DNA from: Ostrea edulis
Lineage: Eukaryota
NCBI RefSeq assembly: GCF_947568905.1
Contig: NC_079167.1
Coordinates: 39,184,001 to 39,248,000 of the forward strand
Reading direction: 5' to 3'
Length of the DNA: 64,000 nt
Of the stretch, positions 15,509-29,535 are shown in pieces (position 1 is the stretch's first letter; each line of letters starts with the position of its first letter). The translations under genes were made by a program, and so were the position numbers. The notes beneath the pieces were generated by a model. That model was not told the origin of the DNA. It worked only from the letters and a program-made list of their open reading frames with translations, and ran no database searches.

Positions 15509-16185
15509 GGGGTTCCTACTCTGGGACATAAAGAAGGCTAAATTTGGCTCCGAGGTGCAATCCTACTCTGAAGTAGAATTTCCGTGTGGGTGGGGTGGGG
15601 GTCTGGAGGTGGGGTGGGGTGGGGGTCTGGATATGTGGGAATTTCTACCGGTATTCCAATTTGCCGATTTTGAAATCTCCGAAATTATTTAAACCACAGA
15701 CGTGTCACTAAGACTGGGTGACAAGCATTACTCTTGTTAAACTCATTATCATAATGAATGCAATGTTTTTCGGAAAATCTAAGGTATAAATTATTTGTTT
15801 GTTTTGTTGTTAACAAAAATTCAGAGGTCGGGCAGCAGTTTTGTAATGTTGCGAAAAAAAAAAAATATCAGACATGTTAAAATGTTTATTGCATATTTCC
15901 AAAAAAAAAAAATATTTCAATAAAATCAAACAGGGTTCACGGTAAAATTACGTTGTTGAAGTGGGTAATTCTGCATATCTAATTATCTAGTAAGGACTGG
16001 CACAATTATTCCAAGATCAAAACACCCAGCTCTCAGTAATCGAAATGTAGAGTTGTACATATATGTATAAAAGTACTGATTTTTGAAATGACCTCAAATG
16101 TAGTAGCTGGAATAGACAAACAACTTTTATTCCTACGATAGTTATTACACGTGTAACAGGAAGGGGAACATTCAACAGACCAGAG

Positions 16186-16408
16186 CAGGTCTCAAGACCA
16201 TAAACTGAGAATATACTTAAGTCTAAACGAATCCAACTACTGTTTGAAATAATCCCATAAGCAGCCAAAATAAGGGGGGATATGTTTATATTAAAAAAAA
16301 AATAAACACCAGTTTTTTTTATAAATATCTGTGTTATATATATTTTAAGATATAAGTAATCAAGATGTTAACTTAAGTCTATTCTCAATTTATCATTTTG
16401 AGGATTTG
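16186..16408. mobile_element. MITE with CAGG-CTCAAGACCATAAACTGAGAATAGACTTAAG-type TIRs (short copy)
   Basis: Left TIR CAGGTCTCAAGACCATAAACTGAGAATATACTTAAGT; degenerate right TIR ACTTAAGTCTATTCTCAATTTATCATTTTGAG. The internal sequence aligns in reverse with the copy at 52781-53142. Confidence 0.65.
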
Positions 16409-16613
16409 AACCTGGGACCCCTGAATCTTTAGGTTATCAAGCACCCGTCTGACCGCCCACATGTATTTCATTCTGAACACTCATTACGTTAGCAATTATT
16501 TCTCTTCATTCTTATTTTCAAAATGTTATAAGACAGCTTTGCCAAAATGAAGTAATGTTTAAAATTCTTCCTTTGAAAATGGTTGTCAGTCTCTATGCAA
16601 TATTACAACGTAT

Positions 16614-16911
16614 CCAGGGCCGTAAATTAACCTTCAATTTGGAGGAGGCAGGAAATTAGGCGGGGGTCTGGGCACATTTTGTGCACACTGAACACGTTTC
16701 GTGCAAAATCCTTGATTCTAGGGCCTTCTAAGATGTTACTTGACTAACTCATTCTAAAAGAAAGATTTGGAATGCTTTTTAAGGGAGGTATCATGTTCTT
16801 AGTTATTGGAAACAACATAAATTCTAATGAACTTTAAATTTTAATTTTTTTTGGCTCAAAAGTTGGAGGAGGCAGCTGCCTCCTCCGCCTCCATGTAATT
16901 TACGGCCCTGG
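16614..16911. mobile_element. MITE, 298 bp, 16-bp TIRs, TAT target-site duplication
   Basis: CCAGGGCCGTAAATTA ... TAATTTACGGCCCTGG with TAT on both sides. Contains the internal palindrome GGAGGAGGCAGCTGCCTCCTCC. Confidence 0.85.
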
Positions 16912-16937
16912 TATCCCGTGTTCGCCAAAGAAAACTT

Positions 16938-17513
16938 TCATTCGTGGTAGAGTCCGTACAGCGTGACGGTGCAGTAATAGGTTTTGTCCGTGTGTGTGTA
17001 CGTAACACACGTGTCCAAATTCGTGTCCCACAAACATCTACTGGTGACGCTGACACTGCTGTCATCCACGCTGCCCATGGAAACCAAACAGACGAGCTTG
17101 TAACGCTCAAAGTCCAGACTCCTCACTTGTTTTATGATCAACTCTGGAAGCTTCATAGTCATCTCTGCGGGGGTAGGAGACGAATTGGCACTGTAATCGT
17201 AATTTTCCAAGAGAGTTGACAGTACAGCCTTGATCAGGACTTTAGTTCGTGCCGGACTGAACCGTTTGTTTGGTTCCATCCGGTAGGTGGGTTCATACTT
17301 TTTGTCAAGGACCACTTCTGGAATGATTTCTTTTTCGCTGATGGTAGATGAATCTATTCGTGTCTTTAATATGTTCCGTGTCAGTTTCTTCAGACGCGCG
17401 GTGCCCGTCAAACTTGGTAATGTGGTGTTGGTGTTTTGGCGGGAAAGAGTGGAAACTGAATGCTCATCTTCCTCCGTCTCTCCGTCTGTGGACGCCTGCT
17501 TGTGTGACTGCAT
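16938..17513 (-). CDS. Tctex-1-domain dynein light chain (TCTEX1D/DYNLT-like) paralog A, 191 aa
   Basis: Intronless ORF with YEPTYRMEP, RYKLVCLVSMG, SRCLWD, VTLYGLYHE*. Start placed at MQSHKQ (ATG at 17513) because an acceptor-like CTCTGTTGTAG lies 5 nt upstream. The in-frame ATG at 17588 from the ORF track cannot be excluded. Confidence 0.9.
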   Translation of the reverse strand: MQSHKQASTDGETEEDEHSVSTLSRQNTNTTLPSLTGTARLKKLTRNILKTRIDSSTISEKEIIPEVVLDKKYEPTYRMEPNKRFSPARTKVLIKAVLSTLLENYDYSANSSPTPAEMTMKLPELIIKQVRSLDFERYKLVCLVSMGSVDDSSVSVTSRCLWDTNLDTCVTYTHTDKTYYCTVTLYGLYHE

Positions 17514-18948
17514 GATTTCTACAACAGAGACTGAACAAATACACCTCCAAACAAACAAACAAACAAAACCCCCAGACAAACAGAACATGCAGACAATGTC
17601 TCCGTGTTATGATATGACTACAACATTGTAAGTTTGTTAACCACTATGACAAAATTGCAGGAAGCCTGCGATGCAGACATTGTTCCGTGTACATACATAT
17701 GGCGCCTACAAGTGGTACACTGGATAACAAAACAAAACTTGTAGATCATGATGTGTCGCCATAATGCTTGAAAGTGAAATTCTAAATATCCAGCATTACA
17801 TAGAATATAACATTTAAGATAAATTAAATATGATTAATATAAAATATACCTGAATCTCTCCGCGAAATGTTCCGTACTTGCCTGGATACAGTTTGACGTT
17901 GGTATTAGAAACGACCCTTTCCTGTTTGACGAAAGGAAACGGTGCAGATCATTGGCGTCCACGTCAAGCACAATATACATTGTTTTACTTTTTATTTTCC
18001 ATTGTCCAAGTATTTATTTTGTAATGGTCTGTTCGGAGTATGTATTACGTTACAATTTAATTGGACAGAGGTGAAAGTAAATAAAAGACGGTGGCAATGC
18101 ATCGATCAAAAACTTGTGAATTTGTAATCGAACAAGTCGAACTTTAGTTTTTTAATGGGAAAAATGAAAAGAATCATCGATTCGAGAAAGATAAGAGTAT
18201 TTGCAGTTTTTAAAATGCCATTGAAAGAGGAGTCTTGGGTTTCAGTACTTACAATATACATGTAGCATGTTATTAGGATCTAACGAACGGGGAATCAAAG
18301 GGGCTGTTTTCCATCTTATTTAAGAACCTGTGCTGAAAACATCACGTGTATCGAGGATGTAACGCACATAGTTATACGGAGTTGCCGTATCTTAATGTGA
18401 AACATTAGGAAATAATCGTGATTTTAAGGTATTCAGTATTTTAAGGTATTCAGTATGTACAAAAGACTTTCATATTTTAGATAATCTCTGTAGCAAGAAA
18501 TCAATTGTAGATTTTTTAAAAGTTCTCTCCCTTTGCTGAACTTATATAATTATACTCATGTTGTTTCAATGTACTTTATAACTCGATAAAAACAGTGACC
18601 TTTCAACTCAACATAAAATTAATAGAATGAATGTTTAGGTTGTTTGTATTTTAAAGATGATATAAAAAATAAGATAGATCTTCTATCGTATCATTACGTC
18701 ATTTATTAATTAAATTGGCGTTAACTGTCAACTAGGACGTAAATACTTTTAAATTATGAACCATGATTAAAATGCTGGAATGTGTTCAGAAATGGAGGAA
18801 AATAAATCAGAAAGTGAAAAAAGCGACAAACATTCGGATTTTATGTAAAGCTGTTTTAGTCAATTTGGTAACAATCGGCAAATATTCTCCCTATAAGTTT
18901 AAACAAGACGTCTTTAAAATGTTTGAGAAAGAGACAATGTGATAGCGA

Positions 18949-18958
18949 TATATATATA

Positions 18959-19005
<47 letters not shown>

Positions 19006-19245
19006 TAGTCCAGTATTTTGAAAATGAACTATAAATTTGAAATATATTCTTTTTATTTCGTTTTTTTTTAAAATACAAATATTTATTGGCAGAAACACAA
19101 TTACAATAATTGGCAATCTACATAATTTTTATAACTTCTACATGTATATTCAAAACAGTCTCCAATAAATTTCACAGTAGTTTTCAAGACTATATGTATA
19201 TCACTGTTTTAAATATACTTGTAACATGTATCTTTCATTGTCCAG

Positions 19246-19304
<59 letters not shown>
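18949..19304. repeat. Two (TA)n microsatellites (about 18949-19002 and 19250-19304)
   Basis: Long TA dinucleotide runs. Confidence 0.9.
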
Positions 19305-19308
<4 letters not shown>

Positions 19309-20126
19309 ATTTCTAAGGTAGGTGTTTAGAATAAGATTTACATTGAAAAAGAAAATGAATTTCATCCTCAATCACACCAGTATTGCAAGCATTACAACAT
19401 CTTTCATTTATTGATGTGGAATTATATCTACCACTTTCTATTGCAAGTGTATGTGCACTTATATTTGTGTTTCGTTACTTCTACTGATATGGGTATCTCG
19501 TGGTAGCAATCCAGAGTTAATAATACGATGTCAATAAAATGTTTACTTCTGTCAAGTTCTCTTATTTGGGCTATCGTAAACCAAACCACAGTACAGTTTT
19601 ACCATATACAGACTGGCATTTTAGAAATGCGTCTTGTGCAATATTTTAAAAAAATATTGGGAATTCCTAGTGTCTGAAATAAGTAACTTTGTTGCACTAC
19701 CGTTACGTCATGATAAAATTTAGAAAGTTTCCGTACGGTACGAGCTGTTGGGAACTCCCATCTTCCCGAGTCAGAGTTTTGTGATCCACCACATTTCTCA
19801 CAAACAATCCTTAAGATATACGACCCATAGCATTTTTTTTTTCTTCTTCCAGAGAGCTCAATGTGTACATTTCGGTTTCTTTTTCAAAACATTTAGTGCT
19901 ACAGATATTGTACTTTTTGTGAGAATAAATGCTTTTCTATGGACCGGATACCTTAACTTGCGCAGATAAGACTCTAATAAAGAACCCATGTGCAACGATA
20001 AACATTCATTACATACTATTTTCAGTACTCTTTTTAAATATTTGGGCATGTGTCTTCTCAATCCATGAATCTGCTGTTTGTCCCTTAACTGTCCTTTCTC
20101 AGCAAAGTATAACAGTATCCCTGATG

Positions 20127-21299
20127 CTGGAGCATGGTCCGTGTACATTACTGGAGCTTTGTATGTATACATTACTGGAGCATTGTACGTGTACATTACT
20201 GGAGCATTGTACGTGTACATTACTGGAGCATTGTACGTATACATTACTGGAGCATTGTATGTATACATTACTGGAGCATTGTACGTGTACATTACTGGAG
20301 CATTGTATGTGTACATTACTAGAGCTTTGTATGTATACATTACTGGAGCATTGTACGTGTACATTACTGGAGCATTGTATGTGTACATTACTGGAGCATT
20401 GTACGTGTACATTACTAGAGCTTTGTATGTATACATTACTGGAGCATTGTACGTGTACATTACTGGAGCTTTGTATGTATACATTACTGGAGCATTGTAC
20501 GTGTACATTACTGGAGCATTGTACGTGTACATTACTGGAGCATTGTACGTATATATTACTGGAACATTGTACGTGTACATTACTGGAGCATTGTACGTGT
20601 ACATTACTGGAGCATTGTATGTGTACATTACTGGAGCATTGTATGTGTACATTACTGGAGCATTGTACGTGTACATTACTGGAGCATTTTACGTGTACTT
20701 TACTGGGTAATTTTACCGGAGCATTGTATGTGTACATTACTAGGTGATTTTACCGGAGCATTGTACGTGTACATTACCGTAGCATTGTACATGTACATTA
20801 CCGTAGCATTGTACGTGTACATTACCGGAGCATTGTACGTGTACATTACCGGAGCATTGTACGTGTACATTACTAGGTGATTTTACCGGAGCATTGTACG
20901 ATACATTACTGGATGATTTTACTGGAGCATTGTACGTGTACATTACTAGGTGATTTTACTGGAGCATTGTACGTGTACATTACTAGGTGATTTTACTGGA
21001 GCATTGTACGTGTACATTACCGTAGCATTGTACGTGTACATTACTGGAGCATTGTACGTGTACATTACCAGGTGATTTTACTGGAGCATTGTACGTGTAC
21101 ATTACTAGGTGATTTTACTGGAGCATTGTACGTGTACATTACTAGGTGATTTTACTGGAGCATTGTACGTGTACATTACTAGGTGATTTTACTGGAGCAT
21201 TGTACGTGTACATTACTGGAGCATTGTACGTGTACATTACTGGAGCATTGTACGTGTACATTACTGGAGCATTGTACGTTTACATTACTGGGTGATTTT
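20127..21299. repeat. 24-bp minisatellite with a 37-bp variant in the distal half (~1.2 kb)
   Basis: Unit CATTACTGGAGCATTGTACGTGTA. From about 20700, many units carry an extra AGGTGATTTTACT. Confidence 0.97.
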
Positions 21300-21710
21300 G
21301 CAACAACAAACATGATCTCCATACATTTCTTTCGGAATTGTATGAAAGCATATAAAACTGTTTGTCTGAAAAGGTCAAAGCTCTGAAATGACCACTGTCC
21401 AGAATGACAAGCGAAGAACACTGAGTCACGATTTACAGAGAATGGTGAATTTTCGGAAATGCATACGAGAGATGCCTCCAGCAGAGTAAATGCATGCAAA
21501 TGTAAATACCGAAGATTAAAGACAAAGGTTACATTACATCTTTGATCCGATAACTTACTAAGGATGATAAATAACTTTGAAATGATATACTGATTTAGTT
21601 TCGTACTTTAAGTGTAATATCTGTAGTGGGGGTAAGTTTACCCCCTAGAGCAGGATTTAACTCCCCCCCCCCTCAATCTTCTACCTCGGAGGAATAAAAC
21701 TCCTCCATAT

Positions 21711-24700
21711 GGATACCTGCATATAGAGGTACAGAGAGGGGGATATCTGTATATAGAGGTACAGAGAGGGGGGATACCTGTATCTAGAGATACAGAGAGG
21801 GGATACCTGTATATAGAGGTACAGAGAGATACCTGTATATAGAGGTACAGAGAGATACCTGTATATAGAGGTACAGAGAGATACCTGTATATAGAGGTAC
21901 AGAGAGATACCTGTATATAGAGATACAGAGAGATACCTGTATATAGAGATACAGATAAGGTATACCTGTATATAGAGATACAGAGAAATACCTGTATATA
22001 GAGATACAGAGAGTAGATACCTGTATATAGAGATACAGAGAGATACCTGTATATAGAGGTACCGAGAGGAGATACCTGTATATAGAGATACAAAGAGATA
22101 CCTGTATATAGAGGTACAGAGAGATACCTGTATATAGAGGTACAAAGAGATACCTGTATATAGAGGTACAGAGAGATACCTGTATATAGAGATACAGAGA
22201 GATACCTGTATATAGAGATACAGAGAGGGGGTACCTGTATATAGAGATACAGAGAGATACCTGTATATAGAGATACAGAGAGATACCTGTATATAGAGAT
22301 ACAGAGAGGGGGTACCTGTATATAGAGATACAGAGAGATACCTGTATATAGAGATACAGAGAGGAGATACCTGTATATAGAGGTACAGAGAGATACCTGT
22401 ATATAGAGATACAGAGAGATACCTGTATATAGAGATACAGAGAGATACCTGTATATAGAGGTACAGAGAGATACCTGTATATAGAGATACAGAGAGATAC
22501 CTGTATATAGAGATACAGAGAGGAGATACTTGTATATAGAGATACAGAGAGATACCTGTATATAGAGGTACAGAGAGATACCTGTATATAGAGATACAGA
22601 GAGGGGATACCTGTATATAGAGATACAGAGAGATACCTGTATATAGAGGTACAGAGAGGGGATACCTGTATATAGAGATACAGAGAGATACCTGTATATA
22701 GAGATACAGAGAGATACCTGTATATAGTGATACAGAGAGGGGGATACCTGTATATAGAGATACAGAGAGATACCTGTATATAGAGGTACAGAGAGATACC
22801 TGTATATAGAGATACAGAGATATACCTGTATATAGAGATACAGAGAGGGAATACCTGTATATAGAGATACAGAGAGATACCTGTATATAGAGGTACAGAG
22901 AGATACCTGTATATAGAGATACAGAGAGATACCTGTATATAGAGGTACAGAGAGATACCTGTATATAGAGATACAGAGAGATACCTGTATATAGAGATAC
23001 AGAGAGATACCTGTATATAGAGATACAGAGAGGGGGATACCTGTATATAGAGATACAGAGAGATACCTGTATATAGAGGTACAGAGAGATACCTGTATAT
23101 AGAGATACAGAGAGGGGGTACCTGTATATAGAGATACAGAGAGATACCTGTATATAGAGATACAGAGTGGGGTACCTGTATATAGAGATACAGAGAGATA
23201 CCTGTATATAGAGATACAGAGAGGGGGATACCTGTATATAGAGATACAGAGAGATACCTGTATATAGAGGTACAGAGAGATACCTGTATATAGAGATACA
23301 GAGAGATACCTGTATATAGAGATACCTGTATATAGAGATACAGAGAGGGGATACCTGTATATAGAGATACAGAGAGATACCTGTATATAGAGATACAAAG
23401 AGGAGATACTTGTATATAGAGATACAGAGAGATATCTGTATATAGAGATACAGATAAGGAATACCTGTATATAGAGATACAGAGAGATACCTGTATATAG
23501 AGGTACAGAGAGATACCTGTATATAGAGGTACAGAGAGATACCTGTATATAGAGGTACAGAGAGATACCTGTATATAGAGATACAGATAGGGAATACCTG
23601 TGTATAGAGATACCTGCATATAGAGGTACAGAGAGGGGATACCTGTATATAGAGATACAGAGAGATACCTGTATATAGAGATACAGAGAGATACCTGTAT
23701 ATAGAGGTACAGAGAGATACCTGTATATTGAGATACAGAGAGATACGTGTATATAGAGATACAGAGAGGGGGATACCTGTATATAGAGGTACAGAGAGAT
23801 ACCTGTATATAGAGGTACAGAGAGATACCTGTATATAGAGATACAGAGAGATACCTGTATATAGAGATACAGAGATATACCTGTATATAGAGATACAGAG
23901 AGGGAATACCTGTATATAGAGATACAGAGAGATACCTGTATATAGAGATACAGAGAGATACCTGTATATAGAGGTACAGAGAGATACCTGTATATAGAGG
24001 TACAGAGAGATACCTGTATATAGAGGTACAGAGAGATACCTGTATATAGAGATACAGAGAGATACCTGTATATAGAGATACAGAGAGGAGATACCTGTAT
24101 ATAGAGATACAGAGAGATACCTGTATATAGAGATACAGAGAGATACCTGTATATAGAGATACAGAGATATACCTGTATATAGAGATACAGAGAGGGAATA
24201 CCTGTATATAGAGATACAGAGAGATACCTGTATATAGAGGTACAGAGAGATACCTGTATATAGAGGTACAGAGAGATACCTGTATATAGAGGTACAGAGA
24301 GATACCTGTATATAGAGATACAGAGAGATACCTGTATATAGAGGTACAGAGAGATACCTGTATATAGAGGTACAGAGAGATACCTGTATATAGAGATACA
24401 GAGAGGGGGTACCTGTATATTGAGATACAGAGAGATACCTGTATATAGAGGTACAGAGAGATACCTGTATATAGAGATACAGAGAGGAGATACCTGTATA
24501 TAGAGATACAGAGAGGAGATACCTGTATATAGAGGTACAGAGAGATACCTGTATATAGAGATACAGAGAGATACCTGTATATAGAGATACAGAGAGATAC
24601 CTGTATATAGAGATACAGAGAGGGGGTACCTGTATATAGAGATACAGAGAGATACCTGTATATAGAGGTACAGAGAGATACCTAAAAATAGAGATACAGA

Positions 24701-26805
24701 GAGGGGGTACCTGTATATTGAGATACAGAGAGATACCTGTATATAGAGGTACAGAGAGATACCTGTATATAGAGGTACAGAGAGATACCTGTATATAGAG
24801 ATACAGAGAGATACCTGTATATAGAGATACAGAGAGATACCTGTATATAGAGATACAGAGAGATACCTGTATATAGAAATACAGAGAGATACCTGTATAT
24901 AGAGGTACAGAGAGATACCTGTATATAGAGATACAGAGAGGGGGTACCTGTATATAGAGATACAGAGAGATACCTGTATATAGAGGTACAGAGAGATACC
25001 TGTATATAGAGATACAGAGAGGGGGTACCTGTATATTGAGATACAGAGAGATACCTGTATATAGAGGTACAGAGAGATACCTGTATATAGAGATACAGAG
25101 AGGAGATACCTGTATATAGAGATACAGAGAGATACCTGTATATAGAGATACAGAGAGATACCTGTATATAGAAATACAGAGAGATACCTGTATATAGAGA
25201 TACAGAGAGATACCTGTATATAGAGGTACAGAGAGATACCTGTATATAGAGATACAGAGAGGGGGTACCTGTATATAGAGATACAGAGAGATACCTGTAT
25301 ATAGAGGTACAGAGAGATACCTGTATATAGAGATACAGAGAGGGGGTACCTGTATATTGAGATACAGAGAGATACCTGTATATAGAGATACAGAGAGATA
25401 CCTGTATATAGAGATACAGAGAGATACCTGTATATAGAGGTACAGAGAGATACCTGTATATAGAGGTACAGAGAGATACCTGTATATAGAGATACAGAGA
25501 GATACCTGTATATAGAGGTACAGAGAGATACCTGTATATAGAGATACAGAGAGATACCTGTATATAGAGATACCTGTATATAGAGATACAGAGAGATACC
25601 TGTATATAGAGATACAGAGAGATACCTGTATATAGAGGTACAGAGAGATACCTGTATATAGAGATACAAAGAGGAGATACTTGTATATAGAGATACAGAG
25701 AGATACCTGTATATAGAGATACAGATAAGGTATACCTGTATATAGAGATACAGAGAGATACCTGTATATAGAGATACAGAGAGATACCTGTATATAGAGA
25801 TACAGAGAGATACCTGTATATAGAGATACAGAGAGGGAATACCTGTATATAGAAATACAGAGAGATACCTGTATATAGAGGTACAGAGAGATACCTGTAT
25901 ATAGAGATACAGAGAGGGGGTACCTGTATATAGAGATACAGAGAGATACCTGTATATAGAGGTACAGAGAGATACCTGTATATAGAGATACAGAGAGATA
26001 CCTGTATATAGAGATACAGAAAGATACCTGTATATAGAGGTACAGAGAGATACCTGTATATAGAGATACAGAGAGATACCTGTATATAGAGGTACAGAGA
26101 GATACCTGTATATAGAGATACAGAGAGATACCTGTATATAGAGATACAGAGAGATACCTGTATATAGAGGTACAGAGAGATACCTGTATATAGAGATACA
26201 AAGAGATACCTGTATATAGAGATACAGAGAGATACCTGTATATAGAGATACAGAGAGATACCTGTATATAGAGATACAGAGAGGGGGATACCTGTATATA
26301 GAGATACAGAGAGATACCTGTATATAGAGGTACAGAGAGATACCTGTATATAGAGATACAGAGAGATACCTGTATATAGAGATACAGAGAGATACCTGTA
26401 TATAGAGATACAGAGAGATACCTGTATATAGAGATACAGAGAGGAGATACTTGTATATAGAGATACAGAGAGATACTTGTATATAGAGATACAGAGAGAT
26501 ACCTGTATATAGAGATACAGAGAGATACCTGTATATAGAGATACAGAAATATACCTGTATATAGAGATACAGAGAGATACCTGTATATAGAGATACTTGT
26601 ATATAGAGATACAGAGAGATACCTGTATATAGAAATACAGAGAGATACCTGTATATAGAGATACAGAAATATACCTGTATATAGAGATACAGAGAGATAC
26701 CTGTATATAGAGATACAGAGAGATACCTGTATATAGAGATACAGAGAGATACCTGTATATAGAGGTACAGGAAGGGGATACCTGTATATAGAGGTACAGG
26801 AAGGG
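21711..26805. repeat. 26-bp satellite array, ~5.1 kb (~190 units)
   Basis: Unit AGAG(A/G)TACAGAGAGATACCTGTATAT with 2-4 nt G/AG insertions. The minus strand has no stop triplets, which explains the 1733/1751/611-aa ORFs. Confidence 0.98.
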
Positions 26806-27689
26806 GGAGGATTACCAGTTGCCAGAAGGGATATTCCACTTAAAACTACGACAAAGTCCCCCCTCCCGGTAAACTGACTTCGGAACATTCGTGGGTAAAA
26901 ATTGCAATCAAGACCTAGTTTTCTGTGGAAAATCATACTCTCTGCCAGATTTCTGGGGAAGAAAATTTTAGGGGAGATTCTACTTGTTAAGGCCGGTGCA
27001 GAACAGTCTGAGATTTTTCACATTTCTTTCCCAGACAGTTCATTATAACATTACGGGTCTATCGTACCTGCTTAATACAAATGCATTAAACAATTCGAAT
27101 ACAAGTACATGTACATGTATTTATCTAAAAGTAAGTACTGCACTCTGTATGCCAGGTGTGATAATTATCACATTTACCTGATACCTGTTAACAAGGTATT
27201 GTACCAAATATGGGTTATTTCCCGTTCCTAAGAACACGACTGCATGGTTCTGCACATACATATATTTACTTAAAATTGTAATCCTCTAGCAAATTAACCA
27301 TTAGCTTTTTCTTTTCTATTATTAAATGGGAGGAAAATCTGCACGGAAGTATTCAAGATCAGCTTTAAAGTAATTGATTTGACCTATTGTTATTCGAAGA
27401 ATAAATCCTATAACGTGCAGTAATGCACAGTGCTAATCTCAAAGTGCACGGGGACCTTTCTGGCTATGGTACACACACCTCAAAGAGCGCTGTTAGTTAG
27501 CATACAACCCATTATTTCGCAGGTGCTTCAACTGGTGAGACTGTTTGTTCAAAACTGTTTGTTCTGGTGAACAAAGATATAGTTTAATTAAATATTTAAC
27601 TAAGGATTGGAAATAAAAAACGGTTTTCAAGTTTGGAAATTTGATACAGATTTGTGGGCTGATTCCAAATGTGCAAACATCAAGATTGA

Positions 27690-27885
27690 TAATGGCGAAT
27701 TTCTGGGTATAAGAGGGGTTAATAATGGCGAATTTCTGGGTATAAGGGGTGTCATTAATGGCTAATTTCTGGGTATAAAGGAAGGACTCAATAATGGCGA
27801 ATTTCTGAGTATAAGAGGGGTTAATAATGGCGAATTTCAGGGTATAAGGGGGATTCAATAATGGCGAATTTCAGGGTATAAGGGG
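27690..27885. repeat. ~33-bp minisatellite, 6 copies
   Basis: TAATGGCGAATTTCTGGGTATAAG.. at 27690, 27723, 27756, 27792, 27825 and 27859. Confidence 0.9.
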
Positions 27886-29535
27886 TAGCCTCACATTTGA
27901 AAATTCTGCTTGTACTGACAGAATATAAATATCAAGCAAAGAGATGTTTACATATTCTTTTTTAAAAGCGCTCTTTAGTTTTAGAGTGACCGGTCTCTAT
28001 ATGAATGGTATAAGGTTTATAAATCTCTCGTACTCTAACAACAAAGCGCGATCGTGTACATGCATGTTTTTGTAGTACAACTCTTTCGCTGGTTTAAATT
28101 TCACACACTCAATATTTTTAAATTCAAGGAGCCCTTTCATACCTTAGAAACTCTGTCCTTTAATTCCCCATTATCGCACTAACTCACAATCACAAGGGGT
28201 GGACATATGAGGGGATAAATACTTTATTGCTCTTAATGGTTTTTCTTATCGTGTTTCATAAAATGACGACAAACAATATTTGTTGATCTATGTTGTTTCA
28301 TTACGAAAATTTGAACGAAAATACACTGTGCACATTGATAAAACAATCTATAGATAATTATAAATATATGTTACAAAAGTGAAATAGCATGTATGGACTT
28401 TATCATTTCTAAAACGAGTATCAGTTGTTGATATCCACCGACTTTAAAAATAATTTTAATGTTTGTGTTTAAATGTGTCATAATGTCACAATATCCAGCT
28501 GTGGCACGATATATTTGGATATCACAATTAACAATGGTAAGATAAATAACTCTAGAACAATTGCGGAAATAATTCGAACCCTCTGTAATATGGTATAATT
28601 GCTGTTTTTGAAATTAATTGCAACAGGCTCTGAGAATCATCGATATTTCCATTACTCAAGAGAACAAAATCAATGTTAACCGAACGCTTGTAAACCGAAC
28701 GCTTAATAATATATAACCGTGCAGGTTTGTATCCAGTACCATTCACCCTCTTCTTGAAAAAGATAAAACAACTTTACAATCAATATATTAATGAAGAATA
28801 TTGATTTCTATTTTTTTAAATTGACAAGAATAACTCTGGTAGCTCCTGTCTCGCTCTGTAAATCACCAGTTGCCAAGAGAAACGTGGAACAAAGTTAACG
28901 TTACATTGAACAAAAACGCAGAAAGGATTAAGAATAAGTCGTATTACGAGGAGATCCATAAAAATTGTTTGAAGTCGTGTTTTGTGCTGGTTATAGACTT
29001 CAAGATCCAAAGTTAATCCCATAATCATTATGATGCACTGTTTCAAACTTGATTTCGATTCTTAAACGCAATCAGATTGACGTCTTTGGTCAATTAACTT
29101 AAATCAACAAACACGGTTTATGCTACTGAATGATTTTATTGAAAAATGAGGGTCAATACTATATGATATTTTATAGTTAGTGTATTTCAAAATTTACAAA
29201 AAGTCCAATTCTGTCGCCTGCAATATATCTATATGAACGCTGTAGTTCAACATTTGCATTGTTCTCTCCACATTATAATGTACCTTGCTTAAAGACTGTG
29301 GTACATGGCATAGATCCATCACAAAAGGATTAAATTCACTTCAGGATTTTCTATCAAATTCAAGGTCTGAGAACAATACTCCCTCTAACATGGCGGTACC
29401 ACAAATGGAAGATGGCAGGTGAGAGGGGGTGATGATGGTCATTTTGGGGTTATTAACGCTGCCACAGATATACCATTAATATAGCCCTATCAGATGGTAA
29501 AGGCGAGTTTACCAACAGACATATTCTCTCTCTAT

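Noticed and set aside
19858-21499. Overlapping 210-272-aa ORFs (MYTYNAPV, LLEHCTCT, ITGALYVY repeats)
   Set aside because: They come from a 24-bp tandem repeat that is open in several frames on both strands, and the 37-bp variant breaks the frame.
21638-26936. 1733-, 1751- and 611-aa ORFs
   Set aside because: They are translations of a 26-bp satellite whose minus strand lacks stop triplets. All frames give the same cyclic peptide, and frequent indels shift between frames.
28872-28886. RFX X-box-like GTTGCCAAGAGAAAC as a ciliary-gene enhancer
   Set aside because: It is an imperfect match, lies 3' of paralog B and far from any predicted TSS, and is expected by chance in 64 kb.
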